The notes: generated from the letters alone by a model not told the origin. A stretch of 63,964 bases of DNA, filler included, from Craspedostauros australis (GCA_030167865.1; 22 parts of 22 records of this genome joined end to end with filler, not necessarily neighbours in it), one strand, 5' to 3'; positions 22,624 to 35,419 are shown, counted from the whole stretch's first letter. Numbers and translations: made by a program.

Positions 22624-24828
22624 ATCGTTGTCGCCATAGTCTTTTTCTGGCCTTGCATCGCATTCTCGTCTGATTCCCTGTTCCTCGATCTCGATGTGTT
22701 CTGGCTTTGTGAAGTGCATGTCGTCGTCGCCTTCAAGCGCAGCTTCGACTGCCTTGTCCTTTTCTGAGATGACTCGGTTTGTTGCAGCATCCCATTTCAT
22801 GGTCTTGGCTTCCGTTTTTGCCAATGCCGTAAAATACATCTCGATGCCGACTCCGTACTCTGCTACCAACCTCACCAGCAACCCCTTCACTACCATCTTT
22901 GCTTCCATTTCTTTGGCTGGATGGAATTGAAACACATATCCTGACCCTCTCCACCGTTTGTTCACCGATGTAAACAGCGGGGTGTTAGTGTTCCCGGTGG
23001 TGGCTTTGATCTGCATGATCATTGAGCGCAGTGTTTTGCCTTGGCCGACTGGCACTGTTTCCAGTGACTCGTTGATCAGATCGTATGATGCTACAGCTTT
23101 CGCTTCCTCACACCACCCGGCTTGTCGTTCCCTCAAAGCAAACCATCCGTTCCTCACATCCGTGTTTACGATGCCTGCCAATGGTGTCACCATTCGCATC
23201 CTGATGCCCAGTGGAAATTTCTTTGACGCCGTGCCGTAGTAATGCATCAGCGTTTCCGTCACCACATCCTTGTCTTCTGTTGCCGTCTCCACGTGTAGAG
23301 CCCTTGCGTCGTTCTCAGTGTTCCTGTCCGGGTCGAATTTGGTGCCATCGGAGATCCTTTTCCAGTTGGTTGCTACCGGTCGCTTCGTGCGCTTCGTCAG
23401 CTCCTCTTCAAGTTCGTCAACTCCTACTTGTCTTGTGGAGTACAGGAGCCATCCGATTGTTGTGGTTGACGGTGCTTGGATCTTAGCCACACTGAACCGT
23501 CCCTTCTCCACTGCAAAAAAGTCAGTTAGCTCGTCAGTGATTTCCTTCACTTTTCCTTCGCACTCAATTCGCACCTTGTAGTACGCCTTGGCTTTCGTTG
23601 CCCCATACAGTGCCTTCGCTCCCTTGAAGAATTTCTTCAATGTCGTCATATCCTTCGGGAAATCGTCTAGTGAATGGACTCTGATGTAGTCCTCCTTCGT
23701 GTCCCACGGTAGCAACCTGGCTGTTGCATTCACCTGTTGTATGGTGCGTAGGAAGTCCTTGCATGTTCCAATGACTGCTTCCATTGCCACTTTGACATCC
23801 TTGGAGCCTCCTCCTCCGTTCACCGTGATCTGTAGGTCGCAGTACTTGATGTCCTGTTTCCTTGTCACCACATTGACCTCTGGGTGGACTATTTCCGTCC
23901 ACGGATCATCCGTGTTGGAATTGTTGCCCACTTGGGTCACCTCATCATTCCCCACCCACTTGTTGTCGTGGCCTGCTGCTTCGTCTTCGTTGTCTTCCTC
24001 TTCGATTCCCGCCATGTTGTCCTCTGGTGCTTCCTCGTTGCCTCCATCTGCTGCTTCCTCGGTGTTCAGTCTCTTGCTTGGCTGAACATTCTCTCTTCCG
24101 TGCGCTGGGCTGACCTCTGCCCTCTTTTTGCTTCGCTGCGCTGCCGCGTCCTCTGTTGTTATGACTACTACCATCTGTTCCGGTCCCGTATCACTTCCTC
24201 GCCCTCCTTGTCCTGTCTTGCCGTCTTCCGCTGCTTCCGTGTTGTTCTTCTCCTGTCCTTGGATGCCTCTGTCCTCTGCTACTTTTTGGCTTTCTGCGTC
24301 CTTCCCTTCCTTTGCTTTCGCCTCTTCGTCGTCTTCCCCTTTCTTGCCCGTGTCTTTTGCCTTCTTTTCCATCCTGTCCCATCTGTTGCGTAGGATTTGT
24401 CCCATTCTCACCTGTGCTCCTGTGATGTACTCCTTGTTTTTTGCCGCCTTCGAGACTCTCAAGTCGTAGTCTTCGACGCATTGCTTGCATATCTTCTCGA
24501 ACCCCTTTTGGAGCTTTTGATGCCCCGTGGGTGAGATTGCTATGCTACACGTCGCATGCACTGGGTGACCGCATGCTGCACATCGTAGTTCCGCCCTCGC
24601 CTTGGTGGTGAACTTGCACTTCGACCCTGCCGCGCATCCTTGGTTCCCGTCTTTTTCCCCCTTGCTTCCTTCTGTTGCCCGTTTCTCCATCATTTCCTGT
24701 CCGTTGTCTTCACTTCCTCCTTCTGTCACTTCCTTTGTCTTCTGTTGTTGTTTGTCGTGCTCTTCCTTTTCCATTGCCATCTTCCTAATGTAGGCTTCTA
24801 GCGGTGCTTGGATGGCTTTGCGCGTCAT
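22624..24828 (-). CDS. Probable non-LTR retrotransposon ORF1 with N-terminal PHD-like finger, 3'-partial
   Basis: CAAGSKC..CAACGHPVHATC..ICKQC (C4HC3 spacing), a charged linker, then IQAPSTTTIGWLLYST, reminiscent of diatom LINE ORF1s. Intronless, with a strongly A/G-skewed coding strand. ORF2 is not in the contig. Confidence 0.55.
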
Positions 24829-25356
24829 CTTGGTTGGTTTCTTCGTTCGTTGCTTGTCGTGTTGTTACTGGTTGTCTTCTATTGTTTTGTTGCTGTCTTC
24901 TATTTGTTAATCGTGTGTTTTTGCTGCGACAATTTTTTCGGGACTTTTTCGGTCTTTCCAAAATTGTGCCTTCACCACCATTACTAACCTACTCACACGC
25001 AAAAGCAAGATCAAGACAGGCCTCTCTTCCTTCGAAAGCTACTTCTGGATGGCGACGGAGAAACTGAAACAGGCAATTTCGCGCCTAGTAGAGCTACTCA
25101 AGGCTAAGTATGAAGCAGACGGAGAGGAGGAAAATGATGATGCTGTGGATGCCAATGACGAAAGCTACCACAACAATGATGATCCCAGTGACGTCATCGC
25201 ACAGCATGAACGCACAGCCGATTCCCTGTTGCATGCGCTTGGACTGATTGTTGTGTNNNNNNNNNNNNNNNNNNNNNNNNNNNNNNNNNNNNNNNNNNNN
25301 TTAATTAATTAANNNNNNNNNNNNNNNNNNNNNNNNNNNNNNNNNNNNNNNNNNNN

Positions 25357-26248
25357 CATCTGGAGAGCAGAAGGACGCCTACTGACGTCGACAGGATGTC
25401 AACATGTCACCACGTCGACAGCTGTCTCCAAGTCAGAGCAAGAGGCGAAGATGCGATGACCCATGAAGATCATGGATACTGAAGGTGAACTTCAAATGGT
25501 AAGTACTCATGGAGTAGAAGCCAGTACTGAATGAACAGAGTGTCGAATGCGGAGTATGCATCAAACACAGAGGATCGTGTAGCACGAGCACACGATGTAG
25601 AGAGAGAGAGAGAGAGAGAATACAGAGAGGAGCGAGAGAGGATCTCGCGTACCGACTCATAGTCGGAGACCGAATCTACGAAACAGATTGAAGCGCCGAG
25701 AGCATCGGGCAAGAGAACGGCGTACACCGAGAGGATCGGAGTAGCCAACTAATGAAATAGCAAACGAACGACTATCAACCAACACCATCTTCCACGATCG
25801 CAGGTTACCGTGAGCGGAACTTGCCAACATTGATAGTCGTTCGTTTGCTGTTTCATCACATTGGCACTCCGATCCTCTCAGTGTCCTCTCTCTTGCCTGA
25901 TGCTCTTGGCACGTTTGTCTATCTCGTAGATTGGATGGTCCGACTATGAGTCAGTGTGCAAGATGCTCTCTCGCTACTCTTCATATTCTCTCTCTCTTAG
26001 TTTCATATGCTTCTGCTACACGATACTCCGTGTTGAATGTGTGCTCCACATTCAAAGCTCTGTTCATTCACTGCTGGTTCCTACTCCATGAGTACTTACC
26101 ATTTGAACTTTGCCTCCTGTATCCATGATCTTGATGCCCTTCGGTCATCGAATCTTCACCTTCTGCTCCTGATATGATGGCAGATGTTGATGTGGTGACA
26201 TGATGGCATCTTGTCAACATCAGTTGTCATCCTTCTGCTCTCCAGATG
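25357..26248. repeat. Diverged inverted repeat: ~420-bp arms (25357-25778, 25830-26248), 51-bp spacer (family C, LTR-like)
   Basis: The arms are collinear reverse complements, e.g. GCAAACGAACGACTATCAA / TTGATAGTCGTTCGTTTGC and CATCTGGAGAGCAGAAGGA / TCCTTCTGCTCTCCAGATG. Confidence 0.92.
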
Positions 26249-27522
26249 TCACGTTCCATTGGTGATGCAGCAGTCTGTCAGATGATATTGTCATCTGAGG
26301 TTTAGTTGGGAAGTACCTNNNNNNNNNNNNNNNNNNNNNNNNNNNNNNNNNNNNNNNNNNNNNATTCTCTCAGAAATCGTCGATTGCAAATTTCCTCCAG
26401 AAATTCTGCTCATTTTCGTGTGTTCCATTTCCACTGTAATTCTGACGAATCACAGCATACTATTGATACGAATGTAGTTATACCGTCCAAGTGTGTATGA
26501 GAGAATAACAGGTGAACGATGCACATGTACACGTACATCTCGACATATACTCACATGTACATCTTGACATACCCCCGGATTTCCAACATTCGCCAACCGC
26601 TTGCCATACTCTGTTTAACCTAGACCAGCTGTTTGGCCCAAAATATGAGGCTCCATCAATCCTGGGCACACTGCAACACTGCAACACTGCAACACTGCAA
26701 CAAATGCCCATGGGAGGAGGGGAAGAGGGTAGGCAGCTTTGGCAGCACTTGATGAACCTGTTGGATTCATTGGACTCACTGGACTCATTTGAGAACAAGT
26801 TGCTTTGACACGCTTCTTGACACGATTGATGTCAAAGAACTAGCATAGTCCTTTCTGTCGCCAAACAATGGACGGTTTGGCGAAACACGATGGTCGTGAG
26901 CGCGTGTTTCTTCAACGATGTTGTTGTTGTTGTTGTTGGTAGAAGAGGACGAAACAGATGAAAGTCGTATCTTTTGTTTGCGATCGTTTCGCGCCTCTTG
27001 TCTTCCTGTTTGTGGTTGTGACATCGCCGGTCATTCAAGAAGATCCATCGTTGTCAACACGCGCCCATGTGGTCATCGGCACTGTTCCGAGCGAATGTAC
27101 AAGCACGAGGATGGCGGCGACCCACTCCGCCCCATCGATCCGCCTGCCTGCGGTTGCATTTGGAATTCGCGATCTTTCATTTTCCACAACACTTGGTTCG
27201 GACATCACAGTTGCACAAGACCAGAAAAGAAGCAACAGGCGGAAGTGGCAGTGATCATGTGAGTTCTCCATGATGACGGAAGTCCTGCTCGTAGACGCAA
27301 TGGTGATCGATGCCTGTAGATGTTGTGGATGCCCATGTCGGCATCGACGACCATCCTGCCAGAAATTCCGATTGCGTTGCATTTCCATTGGTTCCGTACA
27401 ACCTACGATGTGGACATCCTCCGGATCGCAGCGCGCATGCTTCGAGCCTGCGACACTGCTCTGGTGCTGTTCATTGTCTGCGATCTCACTCTGTTCTACT
27501 CACTCCACTGGTATGCCACACC

Positions 27523-27577
27523 TACTATACTATACTATACTATACTATACTACACTGTACGATACGATACTATGCTA
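27523..27577 (+). repeat. (TATAC)n microsatellite
   Basis: Directly visible. Confidence 0.9.
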
Positions 27578-27958
27578 TGAGCCCCCCGAGTGAGTCGACC
27601 TGCACTTTGTCCTGGGACTCAACACCTTTTTTCTCGGATATCCAAACAAATCACATATTCATAATCCCCATATTCTAAAACCAAATACTGATTCAAATCA
27701 CTTTCCGGTTAGACCTTATTTTAAGTTTTATGAGCCCATCAAGGTATTTTTGAGTCGTATGAGTCGAACAACATGAAACTGCTGCTTGTTTCTCAGAAGG
27801 TTCTTTGATGTTCTGGGGTATTTATCGTATGGTACTCAGTCATGAATACGACGTCGAAGATGTCGTTCGGTTGGTACGCGTTAAATACACGTTAGTATGT
27901 GGCACATGATCTCACATTTTGCTCGTCACAAAACACATCACACAAAACACATCACACA
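27578..27958 (+). mobile_element. Terminus of putative DNA transposon (homologous to 8773-9167)
   Basis: TA|TGAGCCCCCCGAGTGAGTCGACC...TTATTTTAAGTTTTATG...GGTACGCGTTAA...CACAAAACACAT repeats. Confidence 0.7.
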
Positions 27959-28058
27959 NNNNNNNNNNNNNNNNNNNNNNNNNNNNNNNNNNNNNNNNNN
28001 NNTTAATTAATTAANNNNNNNNNNNNNNNNNNNNNNNNNNNNNNNNNNNNNNNNNNNN

Positions 28059-29220
28059 GCACCCTCAGGTGACCAGTTGGATTGCAAAGGGATCATGAGA
28101 ACGGTGCCACCGAAATCGATATCCGAATCTTCTGGTGCAAGCCAGGGTTTGAAATCCGGCGGATCTCCTGTCTCGATTCTGGTATGTTGTCTGGGCGGCA
28201 GCATGTGCTTGTACTTGACCTTCCATATCCAGAATTCGGTGGTCTGGTGGGTGATGGCTCTCGTGCGGATTTCGTAAATGCCCCTGCCGCGCACCCTCTG
28301 ATCGTCAACGTCGGCGGAGACCGCGATGTCGGATTTTTCACCTTCGAAGACCACGAGAGCCGATGCCAGATCCGTGCCTCTGACCCACTCGCGGATCGTC
28401 CCGGAGCATCCCGCCTTTGTGAGAGACGAAGGACCAAAATCCGCTGCGGCCAGGAGGTGTTGTTTCCCAGCAGTGGACTCGCCTGGTTTTGGACGAGGAC
28501 GCTGCTTGGCTCTGGTGACAACTAGCAACTTAGGAATGCGTTGTAACTGTGCTGCTAATTGTGAGTGTAATTATGTATGGATGTTGCTTCATTGAGTTGC
28601 TTGGCATTCGCGTTGCTATCTGAAGTTTCTCCTCTTTTGGTTTGAATGTATCGTGCNNNNNNNNNNNNNNNNNNNNNNNNNNNTTGAACCAATCATGCCT
28701 CTCTTCCAGGATCCGATTTGAAGTAGTATACTGTGCGGGGCGGTAGAGCTATGCTTCTGGGATCCTTCTCAGTCTCGGATACGATCGCGTCACATGTCTG
28801 GCTCTCGGATACCTTTGAGTCGATCGATTCGTGTCTTGGATACCAATTGAGTCCCGTATGTGATTCCCGGATACCATATTATCCCACAGGAGGATGTTCC
28901 TTGTTTTGTAGCAGGCTCTGGTCTTATCCTCTGGTATTGAGAATGGCCTGTCGGTGACGAATGCGGATTTGNCGAGATCGAATTCCCTAACGACGACGGA
29001 GTCCGTGCTGCCCCGCGACAANCTGAGAAGTGCACGGGTGATGAGCTTGCCGTCTTGCGACATTGGATCTCTCGCTCTGGGCAGCACCCAACTTCCCTTC
29101 CATGTCCATGGCATCTTCTCCTTTCTGGCAGGGTTGTCCAGATCCAGCGCCTTGATCCATTTGGGGTTGCTGGTCTGTTACGATGCCAACGTCGTTTTGC
29201 ACCAGATGCCTTTTTCGATT
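28059..29220 (-). pseudogene. Prolyl oligopeptidase (S9A) beta-propeller region, pseudogene split by a solo LTR
   Basis: KGIWCKTTLAS*QTSNPKWIKALDLD..WTWKG..LSRGSTDSVVVREFDL..RNILL [LTR] AAADFGPSSLT..IREWVRGT..VFEGEKSD. In-frame TAA at 29178-29180. Confidence 0.85.
28458..28888 (-). mobile_element. Solo LTR, family B, 5-bp TSD CCTCC
   Basis: TGTGGGATAATATGG...GGGAAACAACA, with GGAGG (plus strand) at 28453-28457 and 28889-28893. Confidence 0.9.
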
Positions 29221-29481
29221 CTGCAGTGTTTGGAGTGTGAACAATGTCGATGTGGATGCAGGATTGTTGGTTGGAAGGATGACGCGAACAGTGAAGGAAG
29301 ACAACAGAATATGAGAATAATATGTGAGAATAGAATGCAATGTTGTTCTGTGTGTGAGGAGCGCGATGCATACCATGGAATNNNNNNNNNNNNNNNNNNN
29401 NNNNNNNNNNNNNNNNNNNNNNNNNTTAATTAATTAANNNNNNNNNNNNNNNNNNNNNNNNNNNNNNNNNNNNNNNNNNNN

Positions 29482-29754
29482 GATGCAAGTGGCTCAATGC
29501 ATCCAGAGAAGCATTGAGCCATAGAAACAGGAGGGCATGCCAGGACATTGAGAAATCGGAAAAAACGATATGAGGGGGGGGAAAAAGTGAGCACGAACAA
29601 ATAGTCTTAGTCGAGGTGGTCGAAGAAAATGCCATCGCGATAAAACATCGCGTTACTTGATTTTGGTCTGAGGAGACCGATTTTGGCACCCCTCGAATCC
29701 GCTTGGTCTCCTGAGACAATTTTGGACTTTTATCGTGGACGAATTTCCTCATGG
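29482..29754. mobile_element. Terminus related to the piggyBac-like element at 11833
   Basis: Reverse complement reads ATAT|CCATGAGGAAATTC...TGTCTCAGGAGAC...GTCTCCTCAGAC...TCGCGATGG, collinear with 11829-11985. Confidence 0.7.
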
Positions 29755-30981
29755 ATATGAAATGTACGACTGTGATTTCTGATACAGGCTGTCCCTTGTT
29801 CTTGATGCCTTCTCTCATTGACATCGGGGTATCTTTTGCCTTCGGGTTGCCTTCTTTGGTTGTTCGTGGCGGGATTCAGATTTGGTTGGTGGTGAATTGT
29901 GTTGGCGCCATCTCCGTGATTGCTTCGAGGCGTCTGACACATCAACACTGTGGAGGCAGACACCCACTCCTTCGACTCAACAAACAGGACACAAGTCAAC
30001 AGAGAGCGTCGTTGCTTCCGCATCTCCATGTAGGCTTAATGCATCGGAGTGTACACACGCTCTCTCTCTCGCTCGCTCTCCCTTGAGAATAGAGATTGCA
30101 TCCTTCAGGAAGACAGACAGAGAGAACGAGAGAGAGACTCAGTTGAATCGAGGCATCGAGTCGATCGCGACGATGTCGTCGCTCTTCCAGACAACCAGAC
30201 AGCGCCCAACGTCCCAACAGAGATCTACAAATAGACCGACGTTTGGTTCTGAAAGAATGGTGGTTCGACGTGCTTTGGCCGACTTGCTCCGCTCGCACAC
30301 ACTCGTACCCACGAAGGTGACTGCAATCAGTCTCTCGAACTTTCATTCTCCAAAATTTGAGTCGCTGCCATTCGTCCAACGGTTGATACGGATCATGTTG
30401 TTTCAGCCGTTGATTCCAACACAGATTCTTCCACGATGCGGTTCCAATCAAAACCTGAGATGTGCGCACATCACAGGCACAAAACATCATGTCACCGTCA
30501 CGTTTGTCATGTCTTGTGAACATCGTGGAGACCACGATGTTTGGAACCAACGAGCACACAACACGTTGTCAAGGCGTGCAGCATCGATTTGGGTGTTGTG
30601 ATTGACAAACTCACAAATCAATCTCATAAATTGAGCCAAGTAGTCATCGAGCTTGAGGACTCAAGGAACTCGAGAGCAGAAGCAGCAGAAGTAGGTGACA
30701 GCCCATCGCCAGAACCAACCACATTCCACTATCTCTCCATCAAACCAGTGAGTTCAATCATCTCACAGGTAGTCTGTCCAAGAGCCATGCTTTAGAATCA
30801 TTCACATGCGCTGCTGATTGCACGCGGTTCCTCACTTTGCACCTTGATCCTCCACCTTCGTTCCCCTTGATACCTCATATTACTATGCACGCACTGATAA
30901 CACCACCAAACACAACCAAACCTTCCACCACAGCACGCACGTCGAGTCCACGCATTTTCTGCGACTGCTTCCCCCATCATC

Positions 30982-31597
30982 ATGTCGCGTCCACTGGGTC
31001 GTGCCTTTTCTGTCCTTCACAATGCTTGTCGATCAGGCAAACTGGACAGAGTCCGGCTCCTGGTCCCGGCTGACCAACACAACGACAGCATAAACACCAA
31101 AGACGAACAAGGCAATACCCCATTTCATCTCGCTTGCATGGAGGGGCATTTGGGCGTGGTTGAGCACTTGGTTGAGTCCATTCCAGAGAGCATCGACTTC
31201 ACCATCAAGAATACAAATGGTCAAACACCATGGCAAGTCGTTTGTGCGATGGGGCACACTAGTGTGGCTCAGTATCTGGCCAAATCAGCGCGCTTCAATA
31301 TGGATATCAACTCGCAAGAGGCAAATGGTGACACAGTTCTGCATCTTGCGTGTCGCCGCGGGAGCACGGACATGGTGAGATTCTTGGTTGAGTCACACGA
31401 TGACACCTTGGACATCAACGTGATGAACAAAGCTGGCGAGACTCCATTCGGATGTGCCTGCGCACTTGGATGGCAAGAGATTGCTGGGTACTTGACTGAA
31501 TCGGGCGTGCTCAATGTGGATGTCAACCTGCATGGCGAAGATGCGTTGTCCCCTTTTCATGCTGCTTGCAGTCATGGCCATGTGGACTTGGTGAAAT
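30982..31597 (+). CDS. Ankyrin repeat protein, 3'-partial
   Basis: About 6 repeats: GNTPFHLAC, GQTPWQVVC, GDTVLHLAC, GETPFGCAC, SPFHAAC. Confidence 0.93.
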
Positions 31598-31697
31598 NNN
31601 NNNNNNNNNNNNNNNNNNNNNNNNNNNNNNNNNNNNNNNNNTTAATTAATTAANNNNNNNNNNNNNNNNNNNNNNNNNNNNNNNNNNNNNNNNNNNN

Positions 31698-32495
31698 GAC
31701 GCCATGGAGCGGACGCACGCTACGCCGTCCAAGCCGCCGGTCAGCTTGCACGGCCAGCTCATGTGGCGCGACTTCAACAACCTCATCGCGCACGCCGCCA
31801 ACCAGGAACATGCCGGGAGCTGGGGCGGCATGGTCAACAACAAGTACTGTCGGCAGGTGCCGTGGGACGACGATGGAGAGCTGCTGGCGGCATGGAAGGC
31901 AGGGCAGACAGGGTATCCATGGATCGATGCCTGCATGGCGCAGCTGCGCAACGAAGGCTGGATCCACCATTTGGGCCGCCACGCCGTCGCCTGTTTCCTC
32001 ACGCGAGGCGACCTGTGGCAGAGCTGGGAGAAGGGCGCGGAACACTTTGAGGGCGAGCTGCTCGACGCCGATTACGCCTTGAACACCTTCAATTGGCTGT
32101 GGCTGTCCTGCAGCGGCTTCTTCTACCAGTACTTTCGATGTTATTCTCCGGTCGCTTTCCAAAAGAAGAACGATCCCGACGGTCAGTACATCAAGCACCA
32201 TCTCCCCGTACTGTCCAAGCTCCCCGCGAAGTACATCTACGAACCATGGAAGGCACCGCCGGCGATATTGAAGACTGCGGGCATTCAGCTTGGCAAGAAT
32301 TATCCGTACCCTGTCGTGGAGCACACCGTGATTTCCAAGAAGAACATGGCGCGCATGAAGGAGGCCTACGATCAGCACAAGGCGGTGCAGGCAGCAACTG
32401 CCAAATCATCGACGAAAGCCAAAGCGAAGGCGGCCGGCAAGTCGGACTCGAAACGCGTCACGAAGAAGTCCACCAGAGCCAAAGTCAAGCTGTAG
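31698..32495 (+). CDS. (6-4) photolyase/cryptochrome (CPF1-like) FAD-binding domain, 5'-partial
   Basis: PPVSLHGQLMWRDF, TGYPWIDA, GWIHHLGRHAVACFLTRGDLW, LLDAD, NWLWLS, YIYEPW, followed by a Lys-rich tail. Confidence 0.95.
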   Translation, partial: DAMERTHATPSKPPVSLHGQLMWRDFNNLIAHAANQEHAGSWGGMVNNKYCRQVPWDDDGELLAAWKAGQTGYPWIDACMAQLRNEGWIHHLGRHAVACFLTRGDLWQSWEKGAEHFEGELLDADYALNTFNWLWLSCSGFFYQYFRCYSPVAFQKKNDPDGQYIKHHLPVLSKLPAKYIYEPWKAPPAILKTAGIQLGKNYPYPVVEHTVISKKNMARMKEAYDQHKAVQAATAKSSTKAKAKAAGKSDSKRVTKKSTRAKVKL

Positions 32496-33549
32496 CGAAC
32501 GCTTGCTTACTCCAACTGACCGCACCTCCTGAAGCGCAATGGATAGGGCGCCTCTCCAGCGACATGTTGTGTTGGCGAGGCTGGTCATGAACAGTCTTCT
32601 GGAAGGCATCAATGCGAGCGTTGAAAACCGTTACACCGACATTCCGCTTGGCGCCAATATAGCAAGAACAAAAAGCGCGGCGAAAACAGCACGGACACCT
32701 GGTCGATTCGAACGATGACACTGCCATGGACAGCTGACTTCATTGCGAGCCCGCTCCCACCGGATGCGCAATAAGCCAGTGAACACTTGCGCTTGCACGT
32801 GGCCAGCACCGACTATGTCATGCACAGAGCGCTGGATAGAACAGAGCAATATATCGTAGAAGAAATTGGGAATGGCGTATGGGAGCATACGATACCCTCT
32901 GCTTTGTTCCATCACTCTGCTGCTGTACTCTGAAAGGTAGAATGCGATAACCAGCAGCACCCGAAGTTCTCAGTTCTGCACACGCACCCCGTATGGGCTT
33001 GCACAAATTCAGTGTTTGGGTACTGCTGATCATTGGGGGCTTTGGCCATCAGCTTCCCTGCATAGGTACTCCGTGCCGAATGCGGAGCGTTCTTGTGCTT
33101 TGACCGTGTGACTCAGAACGTTGGCGTGTGCGCTGTGTTGATTCCGATCGAGGCCGCGTTGCCACCTTGTGACGAAGGTCTTGTCTACATGGTTCGCGCT
33201 TTTCAATTCGCTTCGTGTCGGGAGCAAGACCAAATCGCTGCTGTGTCTCGCGATGGAAAGTTCTGGACGAAGATTTTTGAGATTTATGACCCGATCCGAG
33301 AACAATGTTTGTTCTGTGCAGAGTTCGTACTTGTTCTGTGAGTGATGTTGGTCCTCTTGTTCCTTTCGCTGATGTGGCCAACAACGAGGCAGAAGTGAAT
33401 TTTGGCTGGTTCCTCACGCAAGAACGCCAAGAGCCATGTGGCAAGGAGGGGGCTGAATGGCAATTGTGGGCCGCAAGGAGGGTCGGAGACGACCGAATGA
33501 AGACGGGCAGTTGTACCAACATGAACGCCAACATCGGCGCTGGACAGGT

Positions 33550-33581
<32 letters not shown>

Positions 33582-34847
33582 TGCCATCAATAGGTCCCAC
33601 CATGTTGTTGCTGTTGCTCGTCACATGCGGGCAAGTTGAAGTCGGCTGCGACTCATTCCCATTTCGGAACTGTTTCTAAACTCTTGGATGGGTCATGCTG
33701 TTTCCGCAATTCCCATCACAAGGTAATATCATAGAATAGAACCTTGCGGAGAAGCGGCTCTTATGATTCGGATTCACGTATCGTGCATGCTTCTTCAGTT
33801 TTATAGCGTGGCCTTTGAGATTCATGGCGAAACGAGAACGAGGCGGAACACGTCTGTTGGCCGGTGTTCAGGCCATCCTCGAGTCCACACTTGGCTCCTC
33901 TGAGCATCAGCAACCAGCCATTTCTTCGCCACCAAATTGCAACGACAACGGCAATCTTGAATGATCTGCGTTGTGCGAAGGCAATCTTGCATGTTGCGCA
34001 TCGTTCTGCATCCCAAACACACCCAGTCGACCTTGGACAACTTGTGAGATTGTTGTTGTCGTGTCAAAGTGTTGTTGCTCACAATCGCAACTGTGTCTTG
34101 CACATGTGACTACTTTTTTGGCTGGAACGAGTAGTGAATCGATATGATTGGTTACATTGCGTTGCGTGATAATTTGCTATGGCCAAGAGACACTCGCTGT
34201 GTATCGCGGCCGGACATTTATGCAGAATCGGTAGCTCCACACAATAATTGCACAAACAGCACCCAAGTGGCAACCAATACCGAAATCAAACAACTCCAAC
34301 ACACGAACCAAGGGCATATCTACAACAATTATGACCCTGAGAACCAACCAATAGTTGCGTGCACTTTTTGTGCCTTCGATGCTATCAATACCAGCAGGCC
34401 AGTCATGGTCGTCGTTGGGTCGTGATACTGCCGCAGGAGCACATCACCTCGAGCGCTTGACGCTGCGGAATCGGTAAAAGCACAACACGAAGAATGTCCG
34501 TTTTGCCAGTTATCGTCGCAATTCGTCGTCATGGATGGTCCTGCCTCCGGACGCGACGACGGAGGAGCGATGAAACTGTTCCGATGGAATTGGAGAGATG
34601 CGGACTCGACCAACGATGACGATGACTTCCACCATGCGTTGTGGCGCATCATGGACTGCGACTGCGCAACTCCCAAGAGGTATCTTGCGCACTCCGTAAC
34701 ACGATTGACCAAGATCTCTCGACTCCAACCGCGCTGATGCGGAAGCACACGAAGCACACACAACCACGCCATTGCGCACATGATGAATGTAGTTCCGACA
34801 GTACATCGCCGACCACCACATGACCAATGGTAACTTCCCCCCCCCCC

Positions 34848-34878
<31 letters not shown>

Positions 34879-35061
34879 GCTCCATTCATAGGTCGTACTC
34901 GCAACAGACAAGCAGCTCAACAACATCGAAGCCTCATAAAATCGAAAGCGCTGCCACATGCACCTTGCACAGACACTCAAGAGCCACAGCAACACATCAT
35001 CATCACCAATACAAAAAAGGCTACTCTGCAACGATAGCGACAAGCATCGCATCAAACCTCC

Positions 35062-35319
35062 ATGATGAGTCAACACGGATCCCAACACAGACGCGCGGCC
35101 GATGACAACGCTGGCAAGGAGGCCGACTCTCGCTTCCTTGGGAGCTTGTACGCCATGACGGACATGGGCAACTACAAGCCAATGGAGCTGTCGTCCGACA
35201 AAAGCCGGGCTCCACCCACGCCGAAGCGCTCCGGTCAATCAAGCACCAGGAGGAGCGCATCCGGTGGCAAGGCGAAGAAACCCGCCAAGAACAACTCCGG
35301 CAGCCAGCCGACCATGACC
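35062..35319 (+). CDS. Hypothetical protein, N-terminal fragment
   Basis: ATG after a CAA-rich leader, with gene-like codon usage up to the contig end. No recognisable domain. Confidence 0.5.
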
Positions 35320-35419
35320 NNNNNNNNNNNNNNNNNNNNNNNNNNNNNNNNNNNNNNNNNNNNTTAATTAATTAANNNNNNNNNNNNNNNNNNNNNNNNN
35401 NNNNNNNNNNNNNNNNNNN

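Noticed and set aside
26572..26588. Isolated family A LTR terminus CCCCGGATTTCCAACA
   Set aside because: Upstream LTR blocks are absent; too short to call as an element.
32600..34740. Short ORF fragments possibly from decayed genes (also 15400-16256 and 25049-25256)
   Set aside because: No recognisable domain or consistent frame.
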